A stretch of DNA of 63,527 nt, the filler included, from Octopus bimaculoides (lineage: Eukaryota): the NCBI RefSeq assembly GCF_001194135.2. It is 6 parts of 5 records of this genome, joined end to end, with 100 filler letters (N's around TTAATTAATTAA, not from the genome) between each part and the next. Parts side by side here need not be neighbours in the genome. Positions count along the whole stretch, not along the records: positions 1 to 25,130 come from NC_069005.1; 5 more parts are not named here. One strand, 5' to 3'. The notes beneath the pieces are model-generated. The model searched no databases. It saw only the letters and a list, made by a program, of their open reading frames with translations, and was not told the origin of the DNA. A program made the position numbers and the translations under genes. Shown here piece by piece: positions 1 to 10,595 of this stretch; within the stretch, counting starts at the first letter, position 1; each line of letters begins with the position of its first letter.

Positions 1-213
1 GTATGTATGCATAAGTGCATGTAGGTATGTGTATGTATGTATGTATGCATAACTGCATGTAGACATATATGTGTATGTATGTATGTATATGTGTGCATTT
101 ATGTCTGTGTATATATGTATGTATGTGTGTATGTATGTATAAGTGCATGTATGTGTGTGTGTGTGTGTGTGTGCATGCATCTATGTGTGCAAGAATATAT
201 GCATATGTATGTA

Positions 214-430
214 CGAGGGGGTGCTGAAAAGTTCCTGGCTTTGGGTAAAAGAAAATACAGGAGGATCAGTTAATTATGATTTTATTCAACATATTCCCCT
301 CTCAGATTCACACACTTATTGCAACAGTCCTTCAGTTTTTCTAAGGCCTGTAAAAGAACTCGGACGGTTGGGCCTCCAGCCAGGCCTTTCACGATACCCT
401 TAAAGTCGGGAACTTTTCAGCACCCCCTCA
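214..430 (-). mobile_element. Internally deleted mariner-type element (MITE)
   Basis: TIRs CGAGGGGGTGCTGAAAAGTTCC (214-235) and its reverse complement (409-430) match 21/22. TA flanks both ends (212-213, 431-432). Minus strand retains a mariner-like C-terminus (LEKLKDCCNKCVNLRGEYVE*). Confidence 0.9.
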
Positions 431-659
431 TATCTGAATGTATGCATATATACATAAATGTGTGTGTGTGTGTGTGTGTGTGTGCATGCACAGGTGTGTA
501 TGTATGTATGTATGTGGGTATGTGTGTGTGTGTACGTGTGCATATGTGCGTATATGTATGTGCATGTGAACAGGGAGGAATTGAATGTTATTAGGAAAAG
601 GAATTTTTAAAAAAATATATTCACATTCAGTAGATGTAAAATTTAAAAGAGTAGATAAA

Positions 660-1028
660 ATGAAAGCGTGTGTACATATATATATATATATATATNNNNN
701 NNNNNATAGATAGATAGATAGACAGATAGATAGATAGATAGATAGATGGATGGATTGCTAAATATATAAAGAGACAGATATATAGATAAGATAGAGAGAT
801 ACATATTCATATAGATAAACGTATAGGTAGACTGACAGCCAGAGAGATCGATATACAGATAGATCAATTGATAGATAGAAAAAAAGAAAGATAGATNNNN
901 NNNNNNTATGTATATATACATACATACACACACACACACACACTCACATAAAGATATTGATGAAAGTATAACAGAATGGTATAAATAATACATACATACA
1001 TACATGGATAGATAAAGATATAAGGATG

Positions 1029-1090
<62 letters not shown>

Positions 1091-1326
1091 CAGATAGATA
1101 GATAGATAGATAGATGGATGGATTNNNNNNNNNNNNNNNNNNNNNNNNNNNNNNNNNNNNNNNNNNNNNNNNNNNNNNNNNNNNNNNNNNNNNNNNNNNN
1201 NNNNNNNNNNNNNNNNNNNNNNNNNNNNNNNNNNNNNNNNNNNNNNNNNNNNNNNNNNNNNNNNNNNNNNNNNNNNNNNNNNNNNNNNNNNNNNNNNNNN
1301 NNNNNNNNNNNNNNNNNNNNNNNNNN

Positions 1327-1367
<41 letters not shown>
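660..1367. repeat. Compound (TA)n/(GATA)n/(GA)n microsatellite block with assembly gaps
   Basis: Direct reading of the tandem units; N-runs interrupt the arrays. Confidence 0.95.
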
Positions 1368-1371
<4 letters not shown>

Positions 1372-1707
1372 GGAATGAATGAGGAAAAAAAATAAGACAA
1401 AAGAGAAGACTTTTTAGATAATGTCTAGACCACTTTTCCCCAAATTCTAGAATGTTCTTATCATGGCTTCTTGTTATATGTCTTTAAATACAATGAATTA
1501 CTACTTAATGATTTTATTTTCGATTGCTCTTACTTTCACTTCTACACCATTTATAATAAAGAAACTTTTATTAATTGGCCATTTCAAATCGAAAGCTGTT
1601 GTTGCTGTTGTTGTAGTGGTTTAGGCCCCGGTTATCTTTGTTCTTATAGAACTATAGCTTGAAGACATTCCAGTAGTGACTGTCTTGTTGTTGTTATCAT
1701 CATCATT

Positions 1708-1925
1708 AAGACGGCAAGCTGGCAGAATCGTTAGCATGCTCAACGAAATGCTTAGCAGTATATTTCGCCCGTCGCTACATTCTGAGTTCAATTTCCGCCA
1801 AGGTCGACTTTGCCTTTCAACCTTTCGGGGTCGATAAATTAAGTACCAGGGAAACACTGGGGTCGATGTAATCGACTAGTCCCCTCCCTCCAAATTTGTG
1901 TTTTGTGCCTTCAGTAGAAAGGATT
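1708..1925 (+). mobile_element. tRNA-derived SINE, family C
   Basis: Head GGCAAGCTGGCAGAATCGTTAGC, B-box-like GAGTTCAATTTC, central GTCGACTTTGCCTTTCA..TTTCGGGGTCGATAAATTAAGTACCAG, tail AGTAGAAAGGATTAT. Further copies or fragments at about 3095, 8200, 10400, 13400, 28385, 28600, 28990, 30836, 31008, 32440 and 58820. Confidence 0.8.
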
Positions 1926-2039
1926 ATCATCATCATTGTTTTAACATCTACTTTTCCTTGCTTGCATGTGTCAGATGGATAGATAGTCAGATGAAGTTTA
2001 CAGAAGCAGATTTTCTATGGGCCGAAGTGTTAAGTCCAC

Positions 2040-2320
2040 TCCCCTTGATGAAGAGGATTGGCCTACAAGAGTCCTATGTTGGCGACACATAAAAAGCACT
2101 TACACCAGTGCCACATAAAAGCACTTGTGCCAGTGCCACATTAAAAGCACCCATTACACTCTGTAGAGTGGTTGATGTTAGGAAAAGCACCCAGCCATAG
2201 AAACCAAGCCACATCAGACTGGGACCTGGTGCAGTTCTCCAGATTGTCAGCTCTGGTCAAACCATCCGACCCATGCCAGTATGGAAAACAGACATTAAAG
2301 GATGATGATGATGATGATGA
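2040..2320 (+). mobile_element. 3' end of an RTE-clade LINE (family F) with about 22-bp TAAAAGCAC internal repeats and a (GAT)n tail
   Basis: Same 3' sequence (GTCAAACCATCCGACCCATGCCAGTATGG..TTAA.GATGATGAT) ends the RT-coding copy at 37900-39090. Other short copies at about 7045, 11740, 13720, 15680, 26795, 29636 and 31890. Confidence 0.7.
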
Positions 2321-2833
2321 TGTTGTGGTGGTGCTGCTGCAGCTGATGATGATGATGAACTAGTTTATCAGTTTTTCCTTTTCCTTGAACTGTATATCTT
2401 TTGCTCATGTTTATTTACAAATACAACAGGCTTCGGTACAGTTTCTGACAGCTAAGTCTCATTTATAAAGGTTTGTTCAGCCAGAGACAATAATAGAAGA
2501 CAATTGCCTAAGTTGCTGTGCAGTGGGATTGAACATGGAATGACCTTGTTGAGAAGTGTAATTCTTAACTAAATACTCATATCTGTGCCCTAGAAACTTA
2601 ATGCTCAGCAATCCAACCCCATCTAGCTGTGAGTCAATGATTCCCGAAGTGAGCAGTACTGCTTGTTTGTGGGTGCTAGAAGGCAAGGGCATGGTAGCTG
2701 TGTGGGGAAACAAAGCAGCAATGAGATGGCAAAGGGCAAACAACACAAATTAGTAGCCGCCTCTAAAACTGAGAACTAACTGCATTTACGTGCAGTGAGA
2801 GCACGATGTTATTTCATGAACAATACTTTTAAA

Positions 2834-2858
2834 ACTACTATTACTGCTGCTGCTGCTG

Positions 2859-2953
<95 letters not shown>
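2834..2953. repeat. Compound trinucleotide microsatellite (GCT)n-(ACT)n-(AAT)n
   Basis: Three in-register arrays, each differing from its neighbour by one base. Confidence 0.95.
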
Positions 2954-4039
2954 TAATTCGTTTTATTGGCCACAAGGGCTAATATCAATTAAAAACATAT
3001 AAGGACAAAGACAGGACGAAGGTTACAAAAGGTTTTGTCCGAAAAGGGAAGGAAAGTTCATCTAAACAGAGGATAGACAGAAGGCCTTAAATTTTGTGGG
3101 GAGGGAGCCAGTTGATTAGATCAACTTCAGTATGCAACTGGTACTTATTTTATCGACCCCNNNNNNNNNNNNNNNNNNNNNNNNNNNNNNNNNNNNNNNN
3201 NNNNNNNNNNNNNNNNNNNNNNNNNNNNNNNNNNNNNNNNNNNNNNNNNNNNNNNNNNNNNNNNNNNNNNNNNNNNNNNNNNNNNNNNNNNNNNNNNNNN
3301 NNNNNNNNNNNNNNNNNNNNNNNNNNNNNNNNNNNNNNNNNNNNNNNNNNNNNNNNNNNNNNNNNNNNNNNNNNNNNNNNNNNNNNNNNNNNNNNNNNNN
3401 NNNNNNNNNNNNNNNNNNNNNNNNNNNNNNNNNNNNNNNNNNNNNNNNNNNNNNNNNNNNNNNNNNNNNNNNNNNNNNNNNNNNNNNNNNNNNNNNNNNN
3501 NNNNNNNNNNNNNNNNNNNNNNNNNNNNNNNNNNNNNNNNNNNNNNNNNNNNNNNNNNNNNNNNNNNNNNNNNNNNNNNNNNNNNNNNNNNNNNNNNNNN
3601 NNNNNNNNNNNNNNNNNNNNNNNNNNNNNNNNNNNNNNNNNNNNNNNNNNNNNNNNNNNNNNNNNNNNNNNNNNNNNNNNNNNNNNNNNNNNNNNNNNNN
3701 NNNNNNNNNNNNNNNNNNNNNNNNNNNNNNNNNNNNNNNNNNNNNNNGAGAGATTTAGAGAGATAGATCGAGTTCTTCATGTCTTTTAGTTGGGGGGAAA
3801 AGACCATGTTTTTTTTTCAGGCACGTTTAACGTTTCCTCTACAAACTGCAAACAAGCACCCCTCCCTTCCTTTTTTTTGTTTCCATACAAAAACTAGTGC
3901 AAATTTCCAATGGGGTATAGCTGCGAAAAGAGCCCAGAAAAATGGGTAACACCCCCTACAAAATGGGTGGTGGAGAAAAGATGCCAACAGGTGGCTACAC
4001 GAAATTCAACTCTATACTTTAAAGAGTGTCTTGTACTAT

Positions 4040-4097
4040 AGCCTCGGGCCGACCAAAGTCTTGTAAGTCGATTTCATAGACGGAAACTGAAAGAAGC

Positions 4098-4128
<31 letters not shown>

Positions 4129-4352
4129 TCATGTGTGTGTGTTTGTGTCTGTGTTTGTCCCACCACCACCACCATCACTTGACAACCTATGTTGGTGTAT
4201 CTGTGTCCCCGTAATTTAGCTGTTTGGCAGAAGAGACTGATAGAATAAGCACCAGGCTTACAGGGAATAAGTCCAGGAGTTGATTTCTTCGACTAAAGGC
4301 TGGTGTTCCAGTATGGCCACCATCAAATGACCGAAACAAGTAAGAGAATAAA
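4040..4352 (+). mobile_element. SINE family A/B (5'-truncated): head remnant, internal (TA)n(TG)n, tail
   Basis: Matches the full-length copy at 26038-26430; tail ends CCAGTATGGCC..CAAATGACCGAAACAAGTAAGAGAATAAAAG. Confidence 0.8.
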
Positions 4353-5585
4353 AGAATACCAGAAGAACATTTCATACCACTAAACCAAGAATGTTCTTTG
4401 AATATGTACGATGTATTTTAAGGTTAAATAGTAATTCTGTTTACGTTTGCGTGACTGAGATATTTTGGTTGGATTATATAGTTATCATTTTTACACTTCT
4501 TTCTATATTCTGTAACTGTCACAATATCGAAACATTTCTCATGGCACCAGCACACAATTTACAGATGCTTACATTTTTTTATATTTACTGTGAAGTTTTC
4601 ACAAGTCCAGCAAGTAATAATAAAACTAATAATAATAATCAATATTATCATTATCATCATTATTGTCATTAACATTGTTGCCATCATTATCATCCTCATT
4701 TTAACATCTATTTTTCCATGTTTGCATGGGTCAGATGGAATTTATTGAGGCTGGATTTTCTATGACTGGATCCCTTTCCTGTTGCCAACTCTCACCTATT
4801 TTTCCAGGTAAGGTTAATATTTCCCCTTGGCCTGACATGTTTTCACAGAATACTGGAAATGAATGACACCACTTGCATAACGGAAGAGCTCACAACTATC
4901 ATGTGATGTCAAGACACGAAGACACAAGTGCACACACACACACGCACATGCATGCACACAGACACACACACATCTATATATACACACATGCATGCACACA
5001 GACACACACATATCTATATATACACACATGCACACACGCATATGCAGATACATACATACACATGCACGCTCAAACACATTCACACACCTCCCAGTACTTT
5101 TCTAGCAACAAGGTCTGATAGATGCACAATGTAATAGCACGCCTTTGATGCAAGTCTGAGGAGGTGCCTCTCCAATGCTTAAAACCGCAAATATTACGTA
5201 ATTTTGCTTATAGAATTTTCACATAAACTGCCATTGCATACAGAGATGGTGCAGAAACATTTGTAACTTATAATTAAAGATGTGGTCTTCTCCTTTTCAT
5301 TGGATTATTTACTCTTCGCCAAACTATATGATGGTATAAGCATCATGAATCTTGGATTTTCTACCCCAGAAGTATTCCAGCTTTGGCTTGGATCCCAACA
5401 GTGTTGATAGCCCAGTATTCAGGTTGAGTGCTTCCCTGGAAATACCCCAGTTTCACACCCAACAGACCTTAGCCATTTGCTTTATATATATGTAAAGAAT
5501 AAAAAATTTTGAATGGTACAACAATGCATTATAATACAAAAAATGGACTATATACCTGTTGTAATTTAATTATTTAGTTATCTAT

Positions 5586-5625
5586 AGTCTGATGATATTT
5601 CGGAATACAATTCCTTCTTCAGATA
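5586..5625 (-). ncRNA. Minimal type-I hammerhead ribozyme-like motif
   Basis: Minus strand reads CTGAAGA (5622-5616), extra A, stem II GGAAT-TGT-ATTCC (5 bp), GAAA (5601-5598), palindromic stem III A-TA-T and H17=C (5594). Stem I has only 2 bp. Confidence 0.55.
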
Positions 5626-5836
5626 TTCTTACACACACATACAGATACAGACACATGCACATGCACACACGTACACATACATATGGATACAACATGCACA
5701 TACACATGCACACACACACAAACACAGACATACACGTGCATGCACACACACGCACATGCACACACGCACGCACACACACACACACGTGCACATTCACACG
5801 CACACGCACGCAAACACACACACACACACAAGATGA

Positions 5837-5975
5837 GCTTCTTTCAGTTTGCTTTACCAAATCCATCGGCAAGTCTTTGGTTGTTGGCCCAGGTCTATAG
5901 CTGAAGGCACTTGCCATAGCCCTGGGTTGATCAAAGACTTGTGAGTAGATTCGGTAGACAAAACCCAAAAGAAGC
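5837..5975. repeat. Inverted (foldback) fusion of two SINE-A head fragments
   Basis: GCTTCTTTCAGTTT..CCAAATCC..AAGTCTTTGG..CTATAG on the minus strand followed by CATAGCC..CAAAGACTTGTGAGTAGATTCGGTAGAC..AAGAAGC on the plus strand. Confidence 0.7.
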
Positions 5976-6563
5976 CTAATGCATTTATAATAATAATCTT
6001 TTAATAGAAATAACCATAGCAGAATCAAAGAAGAAATGGTACTGGAATATATGTTTAAGATTTGGCTTTATCCTGTCACTTACAAACATGCTATTACTGA
6101 CCAGTATGCTTATGTATTCTGGGAAAGTGTTTTCCCAATGAATCTATGAAATCTTCAAGATTAGAGGAGCATTTGAAAAATATTCCTGTTTATGAGGCAA
6201 ATAGATAAAGATTTATGTTATTTTAAGGCACTTCAAGACTGCTTTTGCAAACAACCAATGTTATCAAATCCATTTTCATCTGCATCAATACAAGAAAATG
6301 ACATGTTACATGCCTCTTTCGTAATTTCATTACTGATTCACAAATCTAGAAAGCCACATATTGGTGAATAATTGATCCTATCAGCTGTTTGTGAAGTTCT
6401 ATGTACCATGTTGCATAAGACAGTGAATGACAATCAATAAAAATTCCTTTGTGCAATAATACACTACAACAATCAATTGACAAAACAGGCAAAGATGTGA
6501 AAGACATATGCAATTTTTTGTGGAACGTCCAATCCTCATCACAGTTGGATGAATTAACTCTGC

Positions 6564-6764
6564 TAAGGAAAGAAGCTGTCGGACGCCGATGAAGGGAAAT
6601 AACCCTGAAATCCGGATACGTTCGTGCTGCAGATCGAGGTGAGAGGGATAACTTCCCTTGGCAAACAGGACACAGTCGTGTGTCGATAAGCCAGCTGGAG
6701 GAGATGTCCTCCTGGGGCTAAAAGCAACAGTAACATCCACCCCTAGGGGTCAGCCACACTTAAG
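6564..6764 (+). mobile_element. About 200-bp hammerhead-bearing insertion (retrozyme-like or LINE/PLE terminal fragment) inside the hAT fossil
   Basis: Interrupts the hAT QLDELTL|GN junction, is GC-richer than its flanks, and is bounded by TAAG at 6564-6567 and 6761-6764. Confidence 0.65.
6580..6624 (+). ncRNA. Type-I hammerhead ribozyme-like motif (U4C variant)
   Basis: Stem I CGGACG/CGTTCG (6 bp incl. one G-U); core CCGATGA (6586-6592); stem II AGGG-AAATAA-CCCT; GAAA (6607-6610); palindromic stem III ATCCGGAT; H17=A (6618). Confidence 0.65.
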
Positions 6765-6885
6765 TGGCAATATACTACACTTTATCGTGCAGTTACTGTT
6801 AATACTTCATTTAGAGAATTAACATTGAAGAGAAAATAGCTCAAAAGTTATTGTTTGCCAGGAATTTGCAAACAGGCATGGCTAC

Positions 6886-6982
6886 ATGGTAAGAAGCTTG
6901 CTTCCTAACCACACGGTTCTGGGTTAGCCAAAACCTTGTGAGTGGGTTTGGTAGACAAAAACTGAAAGAAGCCTTTTGTGTG

Positions 6983-7039
<57 letters not shown>

Positions 7040-7430
7040 GTGTCATCATCATTATTTAATATCCATTTTCCATGCTGGCATGGGTTGGACGGTTTGACTG
7101 GAGATTGGCAAGCGAGGAGGCCGTACCAGGCTCCAATCTGATCTGGCAATGTTTCTACAGCTGGATGCCCTTCCTAACGCCAACCACTCTGAGAGTGTAG
7201 TGGGTGCTTTGTGTCTGTATTTGTCCCCCACCACCACCACTACCACTTGACAACTGATGTCGGTGTGCTTACATCCCTGTGACTTAGCAGCTCGGCAATG
7301 AGACCGATAGATTAAGTACTAGGCTTACAAGGAATAAGTCCTGGAGTCAATTTCTTTGACTAAAACCCTTTAAGGGGGTAGGTACTCCAGCATGGCCACA
7401 TGCCAAATGACTGAAACAAGTGGAAGAATA
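6886..7430 (+). mobile_element. SINE A/B with an RTE 3' end (7045-7205, minus strand) nested in its internal microsatellite
   Basis: Head GGTAAGAAGCTTGCTTCC..GAAAGAAGCC, then (TA)n(TG)n, the family F end in reverse, then the SINE tail. Confidence 0.75.
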
Positions 7431-7440
7431 AAAGAATATA

Positions 7441-7800
7441 TCTGTGGTAAGAAGCTTGCTTCCCAACCACATGGCTCGGGTTTCAGTCCCACTGTGTAGC
7501 ACCTCAGGCAAGTGTCTTCTACTATAGCTTAGGGCCGACTACAGCTTTGTGAGTGAATTTGGTACACAGAAACTGAAATAATCCCCTCATATGTATGTAT
7601 ATGTGTGTTTGTCCCACCACCACTGCTTGACAACCAGTGCTGGTATGTTTATGTCCTGAAAATTTAGTGGTTCAGCAAAAGAGACCATCAGAATAAGTAC
7701 TAAGCTGTAATAAGAATAAGTATTGGTGTGGACACATTCAACTAAAAATTCTTCAAGGTGGTGCCCCAGTATGGCCACAGTCTAATGACTGAAGTAAGAT
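7441..7800 (+). mobile_element. SINE A/B, near full length
   Basis: Head, short microsatellite and tail are collinear with 26038-26430. Confidence 0.8.
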
Positions 7801-7969
7801 AAAGATGAAAAGTAAGATGTACCAAAGAGAGAATGATGGTTTATTTTTTTAATTGTGGCAAAGAGTTTTAAAGTTAAAAAAATTATCCCTCTTACAAATA
7901 TAAAGATTTTTAATTCAGGCATAAAGGTAGCAATTTTGAGGGGAGGGAATCAGTAGATATCATCTAGTC

Positions 7970-8185
7970 CAGTGTGGCTTAGAGGTTAGGGTGTTGGACT
8001 CATGATTGCAAGATTGTGGTTTCAGTTTCTGGACCAGGTGACATGTTATGTTCTTGAGCAAAACACCTCATTTCACATTGCTCTGGTCCACTCAGCTGGC
8101 AAAAATGAGTAATCCTACAAAGTGGGGAATTTAAATGCCATGGATACTGGGAGAAAGGCCCTTATGAGCTGGCATGACTCGAGCG
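7970..8185 (+). mobile_element. tRNA-derived SINE, family E
   Basis: GTGGCTTAGAGGTTAGGG A-box-like head and CATTTCACATTGCTC..CACTCAGCTGGCAAAAATGAGTAA body, shared with 12750-13014. Confidence 0.7.
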
Positions 8186-8361
8186 GGTAACTTCCTGGTT
8201 CAGTACTTAACTTTATTTTGTTGATCCTGGAGGGATGAAAAGCAAAGTTGACTTTGGTGGGATTTGAACTCAGAATGTCATAAGAACTGAAGCGAATACT
8301 GCAAAGCACTTTTCAAATGCTCTAACAATTCAAGCACCATTGATGATTGGCTGCCACCATT

Positions 8362-8749
8362 TGTTGTTGTTGGCACTCCATTGCTTACGACGTCGAGGGT
8401 TCCAGTTGATCCGATCAACGGAACAGCCTGCTCGTGAAATTAACGTGCAAGTGGCTGAGCACTCCACAGATACGTGTACCCTTAACGTAGTTCTCGGGGA
8501 TATTCAGCGTGACACAGTGTGACAAGGCTGACTCTTTGAAACACAGGTACAACAGAAACAGGATGAAAGAGTGAGAGAAAGTTGTGGTGAAAGAGTACAG
8601 CAGGGTTCGCCACCATCCCCTGCCAGAGCCTCGTGGAGCTTTAGGTGTTTTCACTCAATAAACACTCACAACGCTCGGTCTGGGAATCGAAACCGCGATC
8701 CTATGACCGCGAGTCCACTGCCCTAACCACTGGGCCATTGCGCCTCTGC
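8362..8749 (-). mobile_element. Full-length tRNA-derived SINE, family D, with 13-bp TSD
   Basis: Head (minus strand) GGCGCAATGGCCCAGTGGTTAGGG..GGTTTCGATTCCC; (CAA)n tail; TSD GGCTGCCACCATT at 8349-8361 and 8750-8762. Confidence 0.92.
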
Positions 8750-9379
8750 GGCTGCCACCATTACAATGTGCTGAACACATTAGCAGAGCATTGTGAAATT
8801 CATTGACAACATTTAGTTGCAGAAAAAAAAAATCACTTAATGATTGCTCATTGCAGTACACCATTACAGTAATTAACAAAATCAGAAATAATTAACTCAA
8901 TGACATATTATTTGGACAGCTGTGCAAACAAAACAATGAAGAATTTATTCAGTTACTATTTCACACTGAAGCTTTCTGGGTGTCAAAGGGCTGCTTGTCT
9001 AAGTTGCTTTTCTAGTTGTTTTAAGATAGTTTTGGAATTCTTAGAAAATAAAGATGTTTTCATACAATATAGCTTTTGATATCAACCCACCTGAGATCAC
9101 CTCTGGTTCTATGATACAAACTTTCTGTTTTAAAGAAATTTAAATTAAAAGTGTCCATCAAAATTTCATGTTAATTTACATTCCAAAACACTAACTTTAT
9201 AATGACAAAATTATTTAATTAAATTCTTCATTATTTTCAAAACTAATTGAAACAAAAGCACAAAACTATCCTAGTGAATTTAGATTATGATAAATCTTAA
9301 GCTAATTAGTTCATATTTAATTTAAATGGCTTCATTACATAAACTTCTATAGACATACATACATACATGCATGCATGCA

Positions 9380-9978
9380 TAGTGGTTGTCTACTCCTTAT
9401 GTAGAGTTTGACCACCTCCTGTACCTACACCTTAGCACCATCATGGCATCTAATGTGGCTTTTTAAACCAGATAATGTTCTGAAAAGATACCCACATAGA
9501 TAGCACATCTGACTGGACCACCAAGAACTGCAGATAAGCTCTGATCTTTGTGGATCTTAAAATGTCTTTTGAGGCCTCTGTTAGATTTTCAAACGTTCTG
9601 GCATACACTGCATTCAAAGGTGTGCACAGACATATAGGCAGAATAGTTGGTGGCGGTTCATTTCCCATGGGTTCACAAATGAGATTTGAGCCCAGCAAAA
9701 GACAGGTATGGTCTGTCACAAACTGTGTACACAAAAAGGTCATTGCCATTCACCTTGATCGTAACATTCTTCCTTAGATCTCTTTTGAGTCTTACATGTG
9801 TTATCCTGGCCTCTTCAAATGCTTTCATTCCACTCCACACTTTTGTTCGCCATCCAACTCGATCTGAAGCAAGGGTTTCTATGTCTTCTGGATCTATTCC
9901 AAGTGACTTCATAGTAGTCCTTATGTCATCCTTAAACCTTTTTTTAGGTTTATGCCAATAACGTTTCCCCTCTGCAAG
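9380..9978 (-). mobile_element. RTE-clade LINE 3' end (second RTE family, C-terminal zinc-finger remnant)
   Basis: KPKKRFKDDIRTTMKSLGIDPEDIETLASDRVGWRTKV..VCDRPYLSFAGLKSHL resembles the RTE ORF C-terminus. Confidence 0.75.
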
Positions 9979-10399
9979 CAGTTATAGGTTCATTCATTTC
10001 AAAACCTAGTTTTTTTCAAAAACAGATTGGGATGTAAAGAGTTTTTACTTTATACACTTAAAGGTAAGACAGAAATACATGATGACAATGTTTAGAAATA
10101 TTGTCATTATCTGTAAGTCTTACATAAAGGCTTTCCATAACATTTGAAGATATTTTCACTATGAAGACTCTACAATGAGATTTAGATCCATTTTCAATCT
10201 TTTGAGAAAACAAGAGTGCATTTACTAGGAGAATTTATTGAATTTAAAAAAAAAAAAAAACGAAAAAGTATTGAAGCACATTTTTAAGAACTGGGCTCAC
10301 CATTTCTGGTTGTAGTACCAAAAACACAAATAATTTATCCTGAAATTAAAAAGTTCCTAATTATGTCTCCATCATCATGTTTAGAAGAAGTGTAAGGCG

Positions 10400-10595
10400 G
10401 CAAGTAGGCAGTATCTTTAACATGTAGGACAAAATTCATAACAGCATTTTCTCAAGCTTTTCATTCTGAGACCAAATTTCACCAAATTCTTTCAGGGACA
10501 ATAAAATAAGTACCATGCGAGCACTGGGAGTTGATGTAATCAACAAACCCCTCCCCCAAATTTCAGGCATTGTGCCTATAGTAGAAAGAATATTT
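10400..10595 (+). mobile_element. SINE family C (internally deleted)
   Basis: Head and tail match 1708-1925. Confidence 0.7.

Noticed and set aside
8700-8749. tRNA-like heads (A and B boxes) at this and other SINE starts as tRNA genes
   Set aside because: No complete cloverleaf or acceptor stem; they continue into SINE bodies with tails and TSDs.
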